DNA of 64,000 nt, from positions 2,784,001 through 2,848,000 of the forward strand of contig OZ245015.1 in assembly GCA_965223705.1 (NCBI GenBank), in the 5' to 3' direction. The notes under the pieces are model-generated. The model saw only the letters and a program-made list of their open reading frames with translations. It was not told the DNA's origin and did not search any database. Origin of the DNA: Myxococcota bacterium (GTDB lineage: Bacteria > Myxococcota_A > UBA9160 > UBA6930). A program made the position numbers and the translations under genes. Positions 1-8,928 of the stretch are shown in pieces; position 1 is the first letter of the stretch, and each line of letters starts with the position of its first letter.

Positions 1-1459
1 AAGTCAAAGCGCCGCCGAGAGCCGTCGCGAGTTGGATGCGCTGCGCTTCGCCGCCCGACAACGTGCGGATCTGCCGATCGAGGGAGAGGTAGCCGAGGCC
101 GACCCGAAGCGCGGTCCCGACGCGCGCTCGAAGGAGCGCGACGAGTTTGCCGCCGCGCGCACGCATCGCATCGGTCAGAGACAGCCCCGCGATCCACGCG
201 TCGAGTTCGGCCAGTGTCATCGCAGCCAGCGAGCCGATGTCGGCACCGTCGAGTTTCACGCCCAGGGCTTCGGCGCGAAGGCGCGTGCCCCCGCAGTCGG
301 GGCACGGATCGAAACGCCGGTAGCGCGCGATCGCGATCCGGGCCTGCACCTTGTAGCGACGCTTCTCGAGCCATGCGAAATAGCCGCGGACGCCGTACCA
401 CTGGTCGTCTCCTTCGATGACCCACTCGCGCTGTTCCTCGGAAAGCTCCGACCAAGGCCGTGTCGTCGGAAAACGCGCGGACTTGCACGCCGCGAGAAGA
501 TCGCGCTGACAGCTACGCGCACTCGGGGTCGAAAACGGAGCGATCGCTTGATCGCGCAGCGAACGCTCCGGGTCCGGTACGACGCGTTCGAGATCCAGAT
601 TCGGGACGCGGCCGAAGCCCTCACAAGCGGCACACGCTCCGAGGGCGCTGTTCCAGGAAAAGAGCGCCGGCACCGGCTCGGGATACCGCGTGCCGCATGA
701 ATTGCAGACACTTCCCTGGTGAAACGGCTCTCGCGTACCGTCGCGTGCGTGCACCGTGAGCAGGCCCTGCCCCCGTCGGAACCCTTCCGCGACAGCTTCG
801 GCCAAGCGCGTGCGCGATTCCGTCGAGACGACGACGCGATCGATCAGTGAAAGTCCTTCGCGCAGTCGCTTGCGACGACCGCGCACCGGGAGGTCCTCGA
901 GTTCGTGGACAGAACCGTCGGGATCGAGAACCCGTGTGTAGCCCTCTCGTAGCAGTGCCTCTGCACTTTCTTTGCGATCCGCGATGGCGACTCCGATCGC
1001 AATGCCCGCGCCGGAAAAGCGCTCTTCGATGGCGCCCGCAACGCTCTCGACGGTCCCCGCATCGACCACACGGCCGCAGCATTCCCGCTCACCGATGGTC
1101 GCCAGCAGCAGGCGCAGGTGGTCGAGAATCTCGGTCGCGCTGCCGACGGTCGCGCGCGCATTCGTCACGCTGTTGCGCTGCTCAATCGCGATCGCTGGGG
1201 GCACGTGGCCGATGTGATCGACGTCGGGTCGCGGCAAGCGGTCGAGAAACTGACGCGCGTAGGTCGAGAGGGAAGATACGTAGCGGCGCTGCCCCTCGGC
1301 GTAGAGCGTGTCGAACGCGAGGCTCGATTTCCCCGAGCCCGAAGGACCGGAGATCACCGTCAGTTGCCGAAGCGGAATGACGCAATCGACCGAACGCAGG
1401 TTGTGCGTCCGGGCGCCCTCGATCTCGATGCAGTGCTCGCGCAGAGGTTCGCGGGGCAA
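1..1459 (-). CDS. uvrA: Excinuclease ABC subunit A (5' part; runs off the window edge)
   Basis: Missing from the ORF track because there is no stop in the window. Manual minus-strand translation gives GARTHNLRSVDC..ISGPSGSGKSSLAFDTLYAEGQRRYVSSLSTYARQFL, the Zn motifs CNSC and FSWNSALGACAACEGFG, and the ABC signature LSGGEAQRIQLA. Probable TTG start at 1459. Confidence 0.95.
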   Translation of the reverse strand, partial: MPREPLREHCIEIEGARTHNLRSVDCVIPLRQLTVISGPSGSGKSSLAFDTLYAEGQRRYVSSLSTYARQFLDRLPRPDVDHIGHVPPAIAIEQRNSVTNARATVGSATEILDHLRLLLATIGERECCGRVVDAGTVESVAGAIEERFSGAGIAIGVAIADRKESAEALLREGYTRVLDPDGSVHELEDLPVRGRRKRLREGLSLIDRVVVSTESRTRLAEAVAEGFRRGQGLLTVHARDGTREPFHQGSVCNSCGTRYPEPVPALFSWNSALGACAACEGFGRVPNLDLERVVPDPERSLRDQAIAPFSTPSARSCQRDLLAACKSARFPTTRPWSELSEEQREWVIEGDDQWYGVRGYFAWLEKRRYKVQARIAIARYRRFDPCPDCGGTRLRAEALGVKLDGADIGSLAAMTLAELDAWIAGLSLTDAMRARGGKLVALLRARVGTALRVGLGYLSLDRQIRTLSGGEAQRIQLATALGGALT

Positions 1460-1488
1460 AATCCCTCGCCGTCGGCCGGCCGGTCCGC

Positions 1489-1659
1489 CTACTCCACCAT
1501 CGGAGTGAGCTCTTCATATAAGAGCGTCACACTCAGGTATTCGCCACTTTCGCTCTGCGTCATGTGGAGGACGTTCACGTTGTGGGTCTCGAGGAACTTG
1601 TTGATTTCCTCTTGGACCTCTTTCACCAAACCGCGACTGACGAGGCATCGAAGATTCAT
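1489..1659 (-). CDS. Small hypothetical protein (56 aa)
   Basis: Manual translation MNLRCLVSRGLVKEVQEEINKFLETHNVNVLHMTQSESGEYLSVTLLYEELTPMVE*. Its ATG overlaps the TGA of the upstream gene (ATGA) and it fills the gap before uvrA. Confidence 0.75.
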   Translation of the reverse strand: MNLRCLVSRGLVKEVQEEINKFLETHNVNVLHMTQSESGEYLSVTLLYEELTPMVE

Positions 1660-2003
1660 GAATCACCCGTGACCGCGACCTGGCGGCGCGCCTCGGCGGC
1701 GTAGTTCTGCTTGCCGGCGGCCTCCGCGGACTGCGCGAGCTTTTCCCACATCTCGCGCGAAGGCGCAACCTCGAGCGCTTCGTGGACCGCCCGGAACAAG
1801 AAGACGTCTCCCGCGTCGCGGGCCTCTTCCGACAGTGCGTTCAGCGCGTCCCGATCGTCGGCCTTTGCGAGGAACGCGATCGCCTCGAAGCTCCGCTTCT
1901 CGTCGAGATAGGCTCGGCCGATCGCGCTGGCGCGGGCCGGGTCCATCGGCTCAGACAGCCAGTGCCGGCGGCTCAGGGCATCGGGGATACTGGTTTTCGC
2001 CAT
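1656..2003 (-). CDS. Hypothetical alpha-helical (TPR-like) protein
   Basis: Ala/Glu/Leu-rich helical ORF in a co-oriented run; GGAG upstream of the ATG at 2003. Confidence 0.7.
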   Translation of the reverse strand: MAKTSIPDALSRRHWLSEPMDPARASAIGRAYLDEKRSFEAIAFLAKADDRDALNALSEEARDAGDVFLFRAVHEALEVAPSREMWEKLAQSAEAAGKQNYAAEARRQVAVTGDS

Positions 2004-2020
2004 CCTCTCCGTTTCCTTCG

Positions 2021-3175
2021 TCAATCATACCGAGCGACCGAGGGGTCGATCGTGAGCGACCACGCGTCGATGCCCCCAGCGAGGCTCGCGACGTCTTCGA
2101 AGCCGGCGTCGTGCAGGATCCGAACCGCACGCTCACTGCGCGGTCCCCGATGGCAATGCACCACGACCTTCCGGTCTTTCCACCAAGCGAGCTCGCTCAA
2201 GCGCGCTTCGAGTTCTGGGAGCGGCACGAGCTTAGCCCCCTCGATGCGCGCTGTTTCGAACTCGCCCGGATTCCGGACGTCGAGGAGCAGGTGGGGTGCA
2301 GCTCGATCGCGCATGTCCTTGAGATCGGTCGTCCTCACCTCGGGCACAACCCAAGTCGGTTCGCTTTGGACCCCGCAAAATCCTTCGTAATCGATCAGCG
2401 TTTTGATCGTGGGATTTTTTCCACAGATCGCGCAATCGGGATCTTTGCCGAATCGGAATTCCGCGAATCGCATGTCCAGGGCGTCGTACTGGACGAAGCG
2501 GCCGATCAACGATTCACCGATGCCGGCCAGCAACTTCACGGCTTCCGTCGCCTGCAGGAGCCCGATCACCCCCGGCAGAATGCCGAGAACCCCGCCCTCG
2601 GCGCACGACGGAACCGCCCCGGGCGGCGGGGGCTCGGGAAACAGGCAGCGGTAACACGGCCCCCGGCGCGCGTCGAAAACCGATGCCTGGCCCTCGAAGC
2701 GCAAGATGGCTCCGTAAACACAGGGCTTTCCGAGCAACACGCACGCGTCGTTCGTCAGGTAGCGCGTGGGGAAGTTGTCCGTCCCGTCGATCACCACGTC
2801 GTAGGGCTCGAGGATCTCGAGCGCGTTTTCCGAGTGGAATCGCTCCGGGTGCACCGTCACGGAGACGTCCGGGTTGAGCGCGAGGATCCGCTCCCTGGCC
2901 ACTTCGTGCTTGGGTCGTCCCACATCGGCGGTCGTGTAGAGCACCTGGCGCTGCAAGTTCGATACGTCGACGACGTCGAAATCGACGATGCCGAGGTGGC
3001 CGACGCCCGCGGCCGCGAGGTAAAGCGCAATCGGGCTTCCGAGACCGCCGGCGCCGATCATCAAGACGCGACCTGAGAGGAGTTTCTGCTGGCCTTCTGG
3101 GCCGAACTCCGGGAGGTTCAGATGGCGCTGGTAGCGGTCGAACTGGTCCGGCAAAAACGGCGCTTCGCGCGGCAT
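2021..3175 (-). CDS. moeB: MoeB/MoeZ-type sulfur-carrier adenylyltransferase with C-terminal rhodanese domain
   Basis: RYQRH, GAGGLGS, SNLQRQ, DGTDNFPTRY, CYRC..PSCAEGGVLG and CAIC motifs; rhodanese CHRGPRS. Confidence 0.93.
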   Translation of the reverse strand: MPREAPFLPDQFDRYQRHLNLPEFGPEGQQKLLSGRVLMIGAGGLGSPIALYLAAAGVGHLGIVDFDVVDVSNLQRQVLYTTADVGRPKHEVARERILALNPDVSVTVHPERFHSENALEILEPYDVVIDGTDNFPTRYLTNDACVLLGKPCVYGAILRFEGQASVFDARRGPCYRCLFPEPPPPGAVPSCAEGGVLGILPGVIGLLQATEAVKLLAGIGESLIGRFVQYDALDMRFAEFRFGKDPDCAICGKNPTIKTLIDYEGFCGVQSEPTWVVPEVRTTDLKDMRDRAAPHLLLDVRNPGEFETARIEGAKLVPLPELEARLSELAWWKDRKVVVHCHRGPRSERAVRILHDAGFEDVASLAGGIDAWSLTIDPSVARYD

Positions 3176-3180
3176 CGCCG

Positions 3181-3498
3181 TCACCGCACCCGGACCCGGT
3201 GGGCCGTCCGCGGCTGATCTTCGAGCTTCCAAGAGACGGTGACGGCGTCTCCGACAGCGAGGGCCCCCCACTGGCTCTTCGATCCGCCCACCGCGACATT
3301 CGCCGCCTTCTGGAACGCGAGGGCATCACCTTGACGGTTCTCGACCTGAATAGAGGAACCGCTTACGGCGGTCACCCTTCCGGAAAACTCCCGCAGCCCT
3401 TGCGCGACCACCGGCGCAGCGAGCAAGGCCGTCGCGAGCACGAAGGCGCCGACGGTCCGCGCCCAGTAACCGGGTTTCTTGAAGCTTCTCCTCATCAT
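3181..3498 (-). CDS. Exported small beta-barrel (OB-fold-like) protein
   Basis: Signal peptide (RRSFKK...VLATALLAAPVVA) followed by GRVTAVSGSSIQV...LAVGDAVTVSW. Confidence 0.65.
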   Translation of the reverse strand: MMRRSFKKPGYWARTVGAFVLATALLAAPVVAQGLREFSGRVTAVSGSSIQVENRQGDALAFQKAANVAVGGSKSQWGALAVGDAVTVSWKLEDQPRTAHRVRVR

Positions 3499-3562
3499 GC
3501 CCCCTGACGGGTAAGACCACTCAAAAACGCCGTTATTCACACGTTCGCGGCGGGCCCCGCGG

Positions 3563-3648
3563 TGCCGGAGGCGGGAGTCGAACCCGCACGAGGGGTGAAC
3601 CTCGGGGGATTTTGAGTCCCCTGCGTCTACCAGTTCCGCCACTCCGGC
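3563..3648 (-). tRNA. tRNA-Leu (anticodon CAA)
   Basis: Reverse complement GCCGGAGTGGCGGAACTGGTAGACGCAGGGGACTCAAAATCCCC...GGTTCGACTCCCGCCTCCGGCA; long variable arm; CCA not encoded. Confidence 0.96.
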
Positions 3649-3763
3649 TTTGGGTTCGGCGAGGCTAACGCGACCGGGCGTGGATCGCCGGCCGCTCCTT
3701 GGGTCGAGGTTGTGTTCTGTGGTACCCCAGGGGCTCACACTGTCCAGTGGAGGACCGGTTTCC

Positions 3764-4258
3764 GTGAGCGACCCCGACTTCTCGACCTTCCGCCTCGTTG
3801 AGAAGGGAAACAAGTTCGAGGACTTCCAGGAGGGCCAGTCTCTACCCCACCACTGGGGGCGAACCTTCACCACCGCCGAGAACACGCTGTTCGCGAGTTC
3901 GATCCTGGCCTACACCCCGCTCTACACGAACGTCGAGTTCGCGAAAGCGCACGGCCACCCCGACCTCGTGGTCCATCCCCTGCTCGTGTTGTGCACCGTG
4001 GTCGGACTTTCGGTCGAGGATCTCTCCGAAGCCGGCGGCCCATTCTTGGGCGTGAACGACGTGACCTTCCACCGGCCGGTCTACCCGGGAGACACCCTCA
4101 CCGCGGAGAGCACGGTGGTCTCGGCTCGTGAATCCGGGAGCCGACCGACCCACGGCATTGTGACCTGGCGAACCGAAGCCAGGAACCAGAACGACGAGCT
4201 CGTCATCGACTATCAGCGCACCAACCTCGTGGCGCGCCGCGGCACCCAAGCGCTTTAG
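3764..4258 (+). CDS. MaoC-family (hotdog fold) dehydratase
   Basis: KFEDFQEGQ and FHRPVYPGDTL motifs; GGAGG upstream of the GTG at 3764. Confidence 0.88.
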   Translation: MSDPDFSTFRLVEKGNKFEDFQEGQSLPHHWGRTFTTAENTLFASSILAYTPLYTNVEFAKAHGHPDLVVHPLLVLCTVVGLSVEDLSEAGGPFLGVNDVTFHRPVYPGDTLTAESTVVSARESGSRPTHGIVTWRTEARNQNDELVIDYQRTNLVARRGTQAL

Positions 4259-4277
4259 CCCTGCGACGGAGGAGCGA

Positions 4278-5501
4278 ATGGCTCAGATACAAGAACTCAA
4301 CACGGAAATTCCCGCCGCTTACAGAACCGACGAGCGCGTGGCCATCCAGGAGATGGCGCGGGACTTCGCGATGAACGAAGTGCTCCCGATCGCGAACGAA
4401 CTCGATCCGATTCAGGGCACGATTCCCGACGACCTCCGTAAAAAAATGGGAGAGCTCGGCTTCTTCGGCATCATGATCCCCGAAGAATACGGCGGCCTCG
4501 GTCTCGGCGTGTTCGAGTACGTGCTGGTCACCGAGGAGTTGTCGCGCGCCTGGATGAGCGTCGCGAGCATCATCGCTCGAGCGATGCTGGTCAACGTCAA
4601 CGACCTACCGCTGCCCGACGCCGACGATCGGATTCGCCAAGTCGCGCGTGGCGAGTTCTTGGGTTCGTTCGCCATGTCGGAGCCCGGCGCCGGCTCGGAC
4701 ATCGCCTCCGTGCGGTGCCGCGCCGAGCTCGACGGCGACGAGTGGGTGATCAACGGTCAGAAGATGTGGGTGACGTTCGCCGACGGTTCGGACTTCATCA
4801 TCCTCGTCGCCCGCACCGAGCCGTACAACCCGGACAAGCGCCACGCGGGCATCAAGCAGTTCTACATCCCGAAAGAGAAAGGGAGCTTCCCGGACGGTAT
4901 TTCCGGTACGCCGATGCGAAAGATCGGCTACCACGGCTGGAAGACCTGGGAGCTCTCCTTCGACAACTTTCGAATTCCGAAGGACCACGTCATCGGGCGG
5001 AGCAAGAGCGGTGCCGACGACGAAGAGGGTTTCAAGAAAGCGGCTCGCCTGATGGCCGTGCCCCGGGTGCACACGGCCGCGCGCGCGATCGGCCTGGCGC
5101 GCGGTGCCGTGGAAGATTGCATTCAGTACTCCCAGGAGCGCGTGCAGTTCGATCAACCGATTTCCGATTTCCAGGCGATCCGCTTCAAGATCGCGACGAT
5201 GGCCACCGAGGTGGAAGCCGCTCGTGCGCTCATGTATTCGGTGGCGAACGATGCCGATCAGGGACTGATGCGCGCGCGCGAAGCGGCGATGATCAAGCTC
5301 TTCGCAAGCGAAATGGCCGAGCGCGTGACGAGTGAGGGGCTGCAGATCTACGGCGGCGCGGGCTACACCACGGAGTATCCGATCGAACGTTACTGGCGCG
5401 ACGCGCGGCTCACGAAGATCTTCGAGGGCACATCGGAAATCCAACAGCGCATCATTTCCGACTCACTCCTACCGAAGCCCCCGAAACCGCAGCGGCGCTG
5501 A
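4278..5501 (+). CDS. Acyl-CoA dehydrogenase
   Basis: IPEEYGGLG, FAMSEPGAGSD, INGQKMWVT, RVQFDQPI and RDARLTKIFEGTSEIQ motifs. Confidence 0.95.
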   Translation: MAQIQELNTEIPAAYRTDERVAIQEMARDFAMNEVLPIANELDPIQGTIPDDLRKKMGELGFFGIMIPEEYGGLGLGVFEYVLVTEELSRAWMSVASIIARAMLVNVNDLPLPDADDRIRQVARGEFLGSFAMSEPGAGSDIASVRCRAELDGDEWVINGQKMWVTFADGSDFIILVARTEPYNPDKRHAGIKQFYIPKEKGSFPDGISGTPMRKIGYHGWKTWELSFDNFRIPKDHVIGRSKSGADDEEGFKKAARLMAVPRVHTAARAIGLARGAVEDCIQYSQERVQFDQPISDFQAIRFKIATMATEVEAARALMYSVANDADQGLMRAREAAMIKLFASEMAERVTSEGLQIYGGAGYTTEYPIERYWRDARLTKIFEGTSEIQQRIISDSLLPKPPKPQRR

Positions 5502-5511
5502 GGGAGACCCC

Positions 5512-5997
5512 ATGGCACGCAGCCTCACCTCTCTGACCGGAAACACGAACTACTTCGAAGATTTCGTTGTCGGCGACAAGATCAAGCACGCGCGCGGCAC
5601 GACGGTCGGTGAATTCGAGAACCAGATCATCACGAAGATGGTGATGAATACGGCCGACGGTCACTACAACGAACATCGGATGCAGAAAACCGCGTACGGC
5701 AAGCGCCTGGTGTTCGGGCTCGTGACGGGCTCGATCGTCATCGGGCTCGCCACCCAAGACATCGCGGAGAACGCCCTCGAGGAGCTCTCTCTCGACAAGC
5801 TCCGTTTCCGCGCGCCGGTGTTCCACGACGATTCGCTGACCGCCTATACGGAAGTCCTCGAAGTCGGCGACGCCGATCGCGAAGACGCGGGCGTGGTGCA
5901 CTTCAAGCACTGGGGCGTCAAGCAGGACGGCACCATCGTCTTCGAAGGGGAGCGCCGCGTCTTGATCAAGCGGCGCAGTCACTGGGAAGCGCGATGA
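5512..5997 (+). CDS. MaoC-family dehydratase
   Basis: NYFEDFVVGD, NTADGHYN and FRAPVFHDDSL motifs. Confidence 0.88.
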   Translation: MARSLTSLTGNTNYFEDFVVGDKIKHARGTTVGEFENQIITKMVMNTADGHYNEHRMQKTAYGKRLVFGLVTGSIVIGLATQDIAENALEELSLDKLRFRAPVFHDDSLTAYTEVLEVGDADREDAGVVHFKHWGVKQDGTIVFEGERRVLIKRRSHWEAR

Positions 5998-7187
5998 GCG
6001 GGCGCAGCGGACCGCTCCGTGACGTTCGCGTCGTCGACCTGACGCGCGCGCTCGCCGGCCCCTACTGCACCATGATGCTCGGCGACCTCGGTGCCGACAT
6101 CATCAAGGTCGAACCGCCGGGTGGCGACATGACGCGCACCTTGGGCCCCCACCCGCCCGATCGCAGCGAGACGGATTACGGCGCGTATTTCGCGAGCATC
6201 AATCGCAACAAGCGGAGCATCGTCCTTGACCTGAAGTCCGAGAGCGACAAGGAAACGTTGCTTTCTCTCGTGGATCACGCAGACGCCTTGGTCGAGAACT
6301 TTCGACCCGGCGTCATGGACCGGCTGGGCCTCTCCTACGAGACCCTGCGCGCGCGAAAGAAGAGCTTGGTGTACGGCGCTGTCCGCGGTTTCGGGGACCC
6401 CCGCACCGGAGAGAGCCCGTACGCGAATTGGCCGGCGTTCGACATCATCGCGCAGTCGATGGGAGGCGTCGTCTCGAGCACGGGCGAGCCGGGCACGACC
6501 GGCGTGCGAGCAGGCCCTGCGGTCGGGGACATCTTCCCCGGAACCCTCGCCGCACTCGGTGTCGTCTCGGCGATCCTCCACGCGCGCAGCACCGGCGAAG
6601 GACAGTTTCTCGACGTCGCCATGTACGATGCGATGCTGAACTTGTGCGAATCGCTGATCTACAACTACGATATCTCCCGCGAAGTCCATCCGCCGTCGGG
6701 GAACGCGCACCCTTCCCTCGTGCCTTTCGACGTGTACGCGACGGCGAGCGGCGCCGTCGCGCTCGCGGCCCCGACCGACAAGCACTGGCGCATCCTTTGT
6801 GACATCGTCGGCCGGCCGGAGCTCGGTCGCGACCCGCGCTTCAAGGAAACCGCGGGCCGCGTCGCTCACCGAGCCGAGGTCCGGGAGCTTCTCGAGAGCT
6901 TTACCGGGACGCGGACCACGGCCGAAGTGATGGATGCCCTCTCGGGCAAAGTTCCCGTGGGTCCGGTCAATACGCCCGCGGACATCTTCGGCGACCCCCA
7001 CATCGCCGCCCGACAGATGCTGGCGCAGCTCGACTACCCGGGTTCCGGCGGAAACATCACCGTCGCGAACAACGCGATCAAGCTCAGCGAAACGCCGGCA
7101 GGAGCGTTTCGCCGCGCCCCCCACCTGGGCGAACACGCGCGCGAGATCCTCTCCGATCTCGGCATCGACAAAACTTCGAAGGAGTAG
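5994..7187 (+). CDS. Family III CoA-transferase (CaiB/BaiF)
   Basis: LRDVRVVDLTRALAGPYC, KVEPPGGD, NRNKRSIVLDLK and ENFRPGVMDRLG motifs. Confidence 0.95.
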   Translation: MSGRSGPLRDVRVVDLTRALAGPYCTMMLGDLGADIIKVEPPGGDMTRTLGPHPPDRSETDYGAYFASINRNKRSIVLDLKSESDKETLLSLVDHADALVENFRPGVMDRLGLSYETLRARKKSLVYGAVRGFGDPRTGESPYANWPAFDIIAQSMGGVVSSTGEPGTTGVRAGPAVGDIFPGTLAALGVVSAILHARSTGEGQFLDVAMYDAMLNLCESLIYNYDISREVHPPSGNAHPSLVPFDVYATASGAVALAAPTDKHWRILCDIVGRPELGRDPRFKETAGRVAHRAEVRELLESFTGTRTTAEVMDALSGKVPVGPVNTPADIFGDPHIAARQMLAQLDYPGSGGNITVANNAIKLSETPAGAFRRAPHLGEHAREILSDLGIDKTSKE

Positions 7188-7192
7188 GACCC

Positions 7193-8116
7193 ATGACCGA
7201 CCGACCCAACCGACTGCGACGCTCCGAACTTTCGACTCCGGCCTCGAATGAACGCATGATCCAGAAAGCCGCCGAGAGCGAGGCGGATCTCGTGTTCCTC
7301 GATCTCGAAGACGCCGTCGCCCCACCGCTCAAGGTGCCTTCGCGCGACAACATCGTCCGCGCGCTGAAGGAGCTCGACTGGGGCAACAAGGTCCGAGCGG
7401 TGCGCGTCAACTCGACCGACACGCAGTGGGCGTACGAAGACGTCGTCCACATCGTCGAGGCGGCGGGCGAGCACCTCGACGTGATCATCATTCCGAAGAT
7501 CAAGGCGCCGCGGGACGTCTGGTTCTTCGACACGCTTCTCGACGAGCTCGAGCAGAAACTCGGGCTCGAGAAGCGGATCGGCCTCGAGGCCCTCGTCGAG
7601 GAGACCGAAGCCCTTGCCCGCGTCGAGGAAATCGCGGGTTGCTGTCCACGTCTCGAGGCGCTGATCCTCGGCTTCGGGGATTTCTCCGCCAGCCAAGGGA
7701 TCCGCCTGGGCCCGGTTGGCGATCCCGCACTGCGCTACCCGGGCGACTTGTGGTCCTACCATCGCAACCGCTTGATCGGCGCCTGCAAGGCCGCGGGCAT
7801 CGAAGCCGTCGATGGCCCGTTTGCGGACTTCAAAGATCCCGAGGGTTATCGCCGCGAAGCGAGCTGGTCGTATCAGCTCGGTGCGGCGGGCAAGTGGGCC
7901 ATCCATCCCAGCCAGATCGCGCTGGCCAACGAGGTCTTCGCGCCGACGGAAGAAGAGATCGCCCACGCTCGCACGATGGTCGAAGCGTACGAAAAGTCCG
8001 CGGCCGGTGGCGAAGGTGCGGGGGCAGCGGGCGGCGTGCTCGTCGACGCTGCGACGGTCCGCATCTTCCAGCAGGTGATCGATCGCGCCAAACAGATCGG
8101 GCTGGTCGACGGCTAA
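7193..8116 (+). CDS. CitE/malyl-CoA/citramalyl-CoA lyase family protein
   Basis: RLRRSELSTP, FLDLEDAV, AVDGPF and GKWAIHPSQI motifs. Confidence 0.9.
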   Translation: MTDRPNRLRRSELSTPASNERMIQKAAESEADLVFLDLEDAVAPPLKVPSRDNIVRALKELDWGNKVRAVRVNSTDTQWAYEDVVHIVEAAGEHLDVIIIPKIKAPRDVWFFDTLLDELEQKLGLEKRIGLEALVEETEALARVEEIAGCCPRLEALILGFGDFSASQGIRLGPVGDPALRYPGDLWSYHRNRLIGACKAAGIEAVDGPFADFKDPEGYRREASWSYQLGAAGKWAIHPSQIALANEVFAPTEEEIAHARTMVEAYEKSAAGGEGAGAAGGVLVDAATVRIFQQVIDRAKQIGLVDG

Positions 8117-8150
8117 GGCGTCGAGCGGATCGGGCTGGTCGACAGCTAAG
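8095..8150. repeat. 23-bp direct repeat duplicating the 3' end of the lyase gene
   Basis: GATCGGGCTGGTCGACgGCTAAG at 8095-8117 and GATCGGGCTGGTCGACaGCTAAG at 8128-8150 (1 mismatch). Confidence 0.9.
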
Positions 8151-8820
8151 CTCGCACGCCCACCCAGCACGCGTACAAGTCCGGACCGCCGGGAGGTCCG
8201 AATCCGCGTCGTGCGACGTACGCGATGCCGGCTTCCTCAAAGTGTGCCGCGTAGTCGTAGAGCGGATGCGCTTCGGCCAAGCCGAGCGCGCACCCCGCAG
8301 CCGCAATCGCCCTGTAGTGTGCGCGCCGAATGAAGCGCCCCGCGCCCTCTCCGGGTTCGGCGAAATCCGCGACGAAGAACCGCCCACCCGGCTTCAGCCG
8401 AACGGCAAGTGCGCCGAGGGCGTCGCGCATGGCGCGCTCGGCATAGAGGTTGAGGAAGAAGTGCGCGGCGACCGCATCAAACGGTTCGCCGTCCTGGAAG
8501 TCTTCGATGTTTGTCACCAGGAGCCGCGCCTCGACTCCGGCGGCGGCGCAGCGTCGCCGCGCCCGTTCGATGGAAGAAGCGACCGGGTCGACGCCTACAA
8601 CCGACGCGCCTCTCCCCGCTGCCGCCGCCAGCTCTTCCCCCGCCCCAACGCCGGGATACAAGACCCGGTGGCCCGGCTCGAGAAAACGGGTGTGAAAGGC
8701 CTTGGTGCGCCCGACGAGTCCCGCCGAAGCGGTTCGGGCCGCGAGCTCGTAGGCGCCGCCGAGCCTTCGGTATGCCCGCGCAAACTCCGGCGAGCGCAAC
8801 GCTTTTCGCTTTTGACACAC
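8146..8820 (-). CDS. Class I SAM-dependent methyltransferase
   Basis: VLYPGVGAG motif I, VVGVD, FDAV and LKPGGRFFVAD; start uncertain. Confidence 0.8.
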   Translation of the reverse strand: MCQKRKALRSPEFARAYRRLGGAYELAARTASAGLVGRTKAFHTRFLEPGHRVLYPGVGAGEELAAAAGRGASVVGVDPVASSIERARRRCAAAGVEARLLVTNIEDFQDGEPFDAVAAHFFLNLYAERAMRDALGALAVRLKPGGRFFVADFAEPGEGAGRFIRRAHYRAIAAAGCALGLAEAHPLYDYAAHFEEAGIAYVARRGFGPPGGPDLYACWVGVRA

Positions 8821-8852
8821 AGCCGGGCTGACGATAGCTTTGGCACCACCGT

Positions 8853-8928
8853 GGGGCCGTAGCTCAGCTGGGAGAGCATCAGGCTGGCAGTCTGAGGGTC
8901 GTCGGTTCGATCCCGACCGGCTCCACCA
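8853..8928 (+). tRNA. tRNA-Ala (anticodon GGC)
   Basis: GGGGCCGTAGCTCAGCTGGGAGAGCATCAGGCTGGCAGTCTGAGGGTCGTCGGTTCGATCCCGACCGGCTCCACCA; CCA encoded. Confidence 0.97.

Noticed and set aside
32..1672. Plus-strand ORFs 32..700, 847..1380 and 1118..1672
   Set aside because: Antisense shadows of uvrA and the small gene; the minus frame carries the real motifs.
3563..8928. Genomic island bounded by the two tRNAs
   Set aside because: No integrase, no duplicated tRNA 3' end seen, the tRNAs point outward, and there is no obvious compositional shift.
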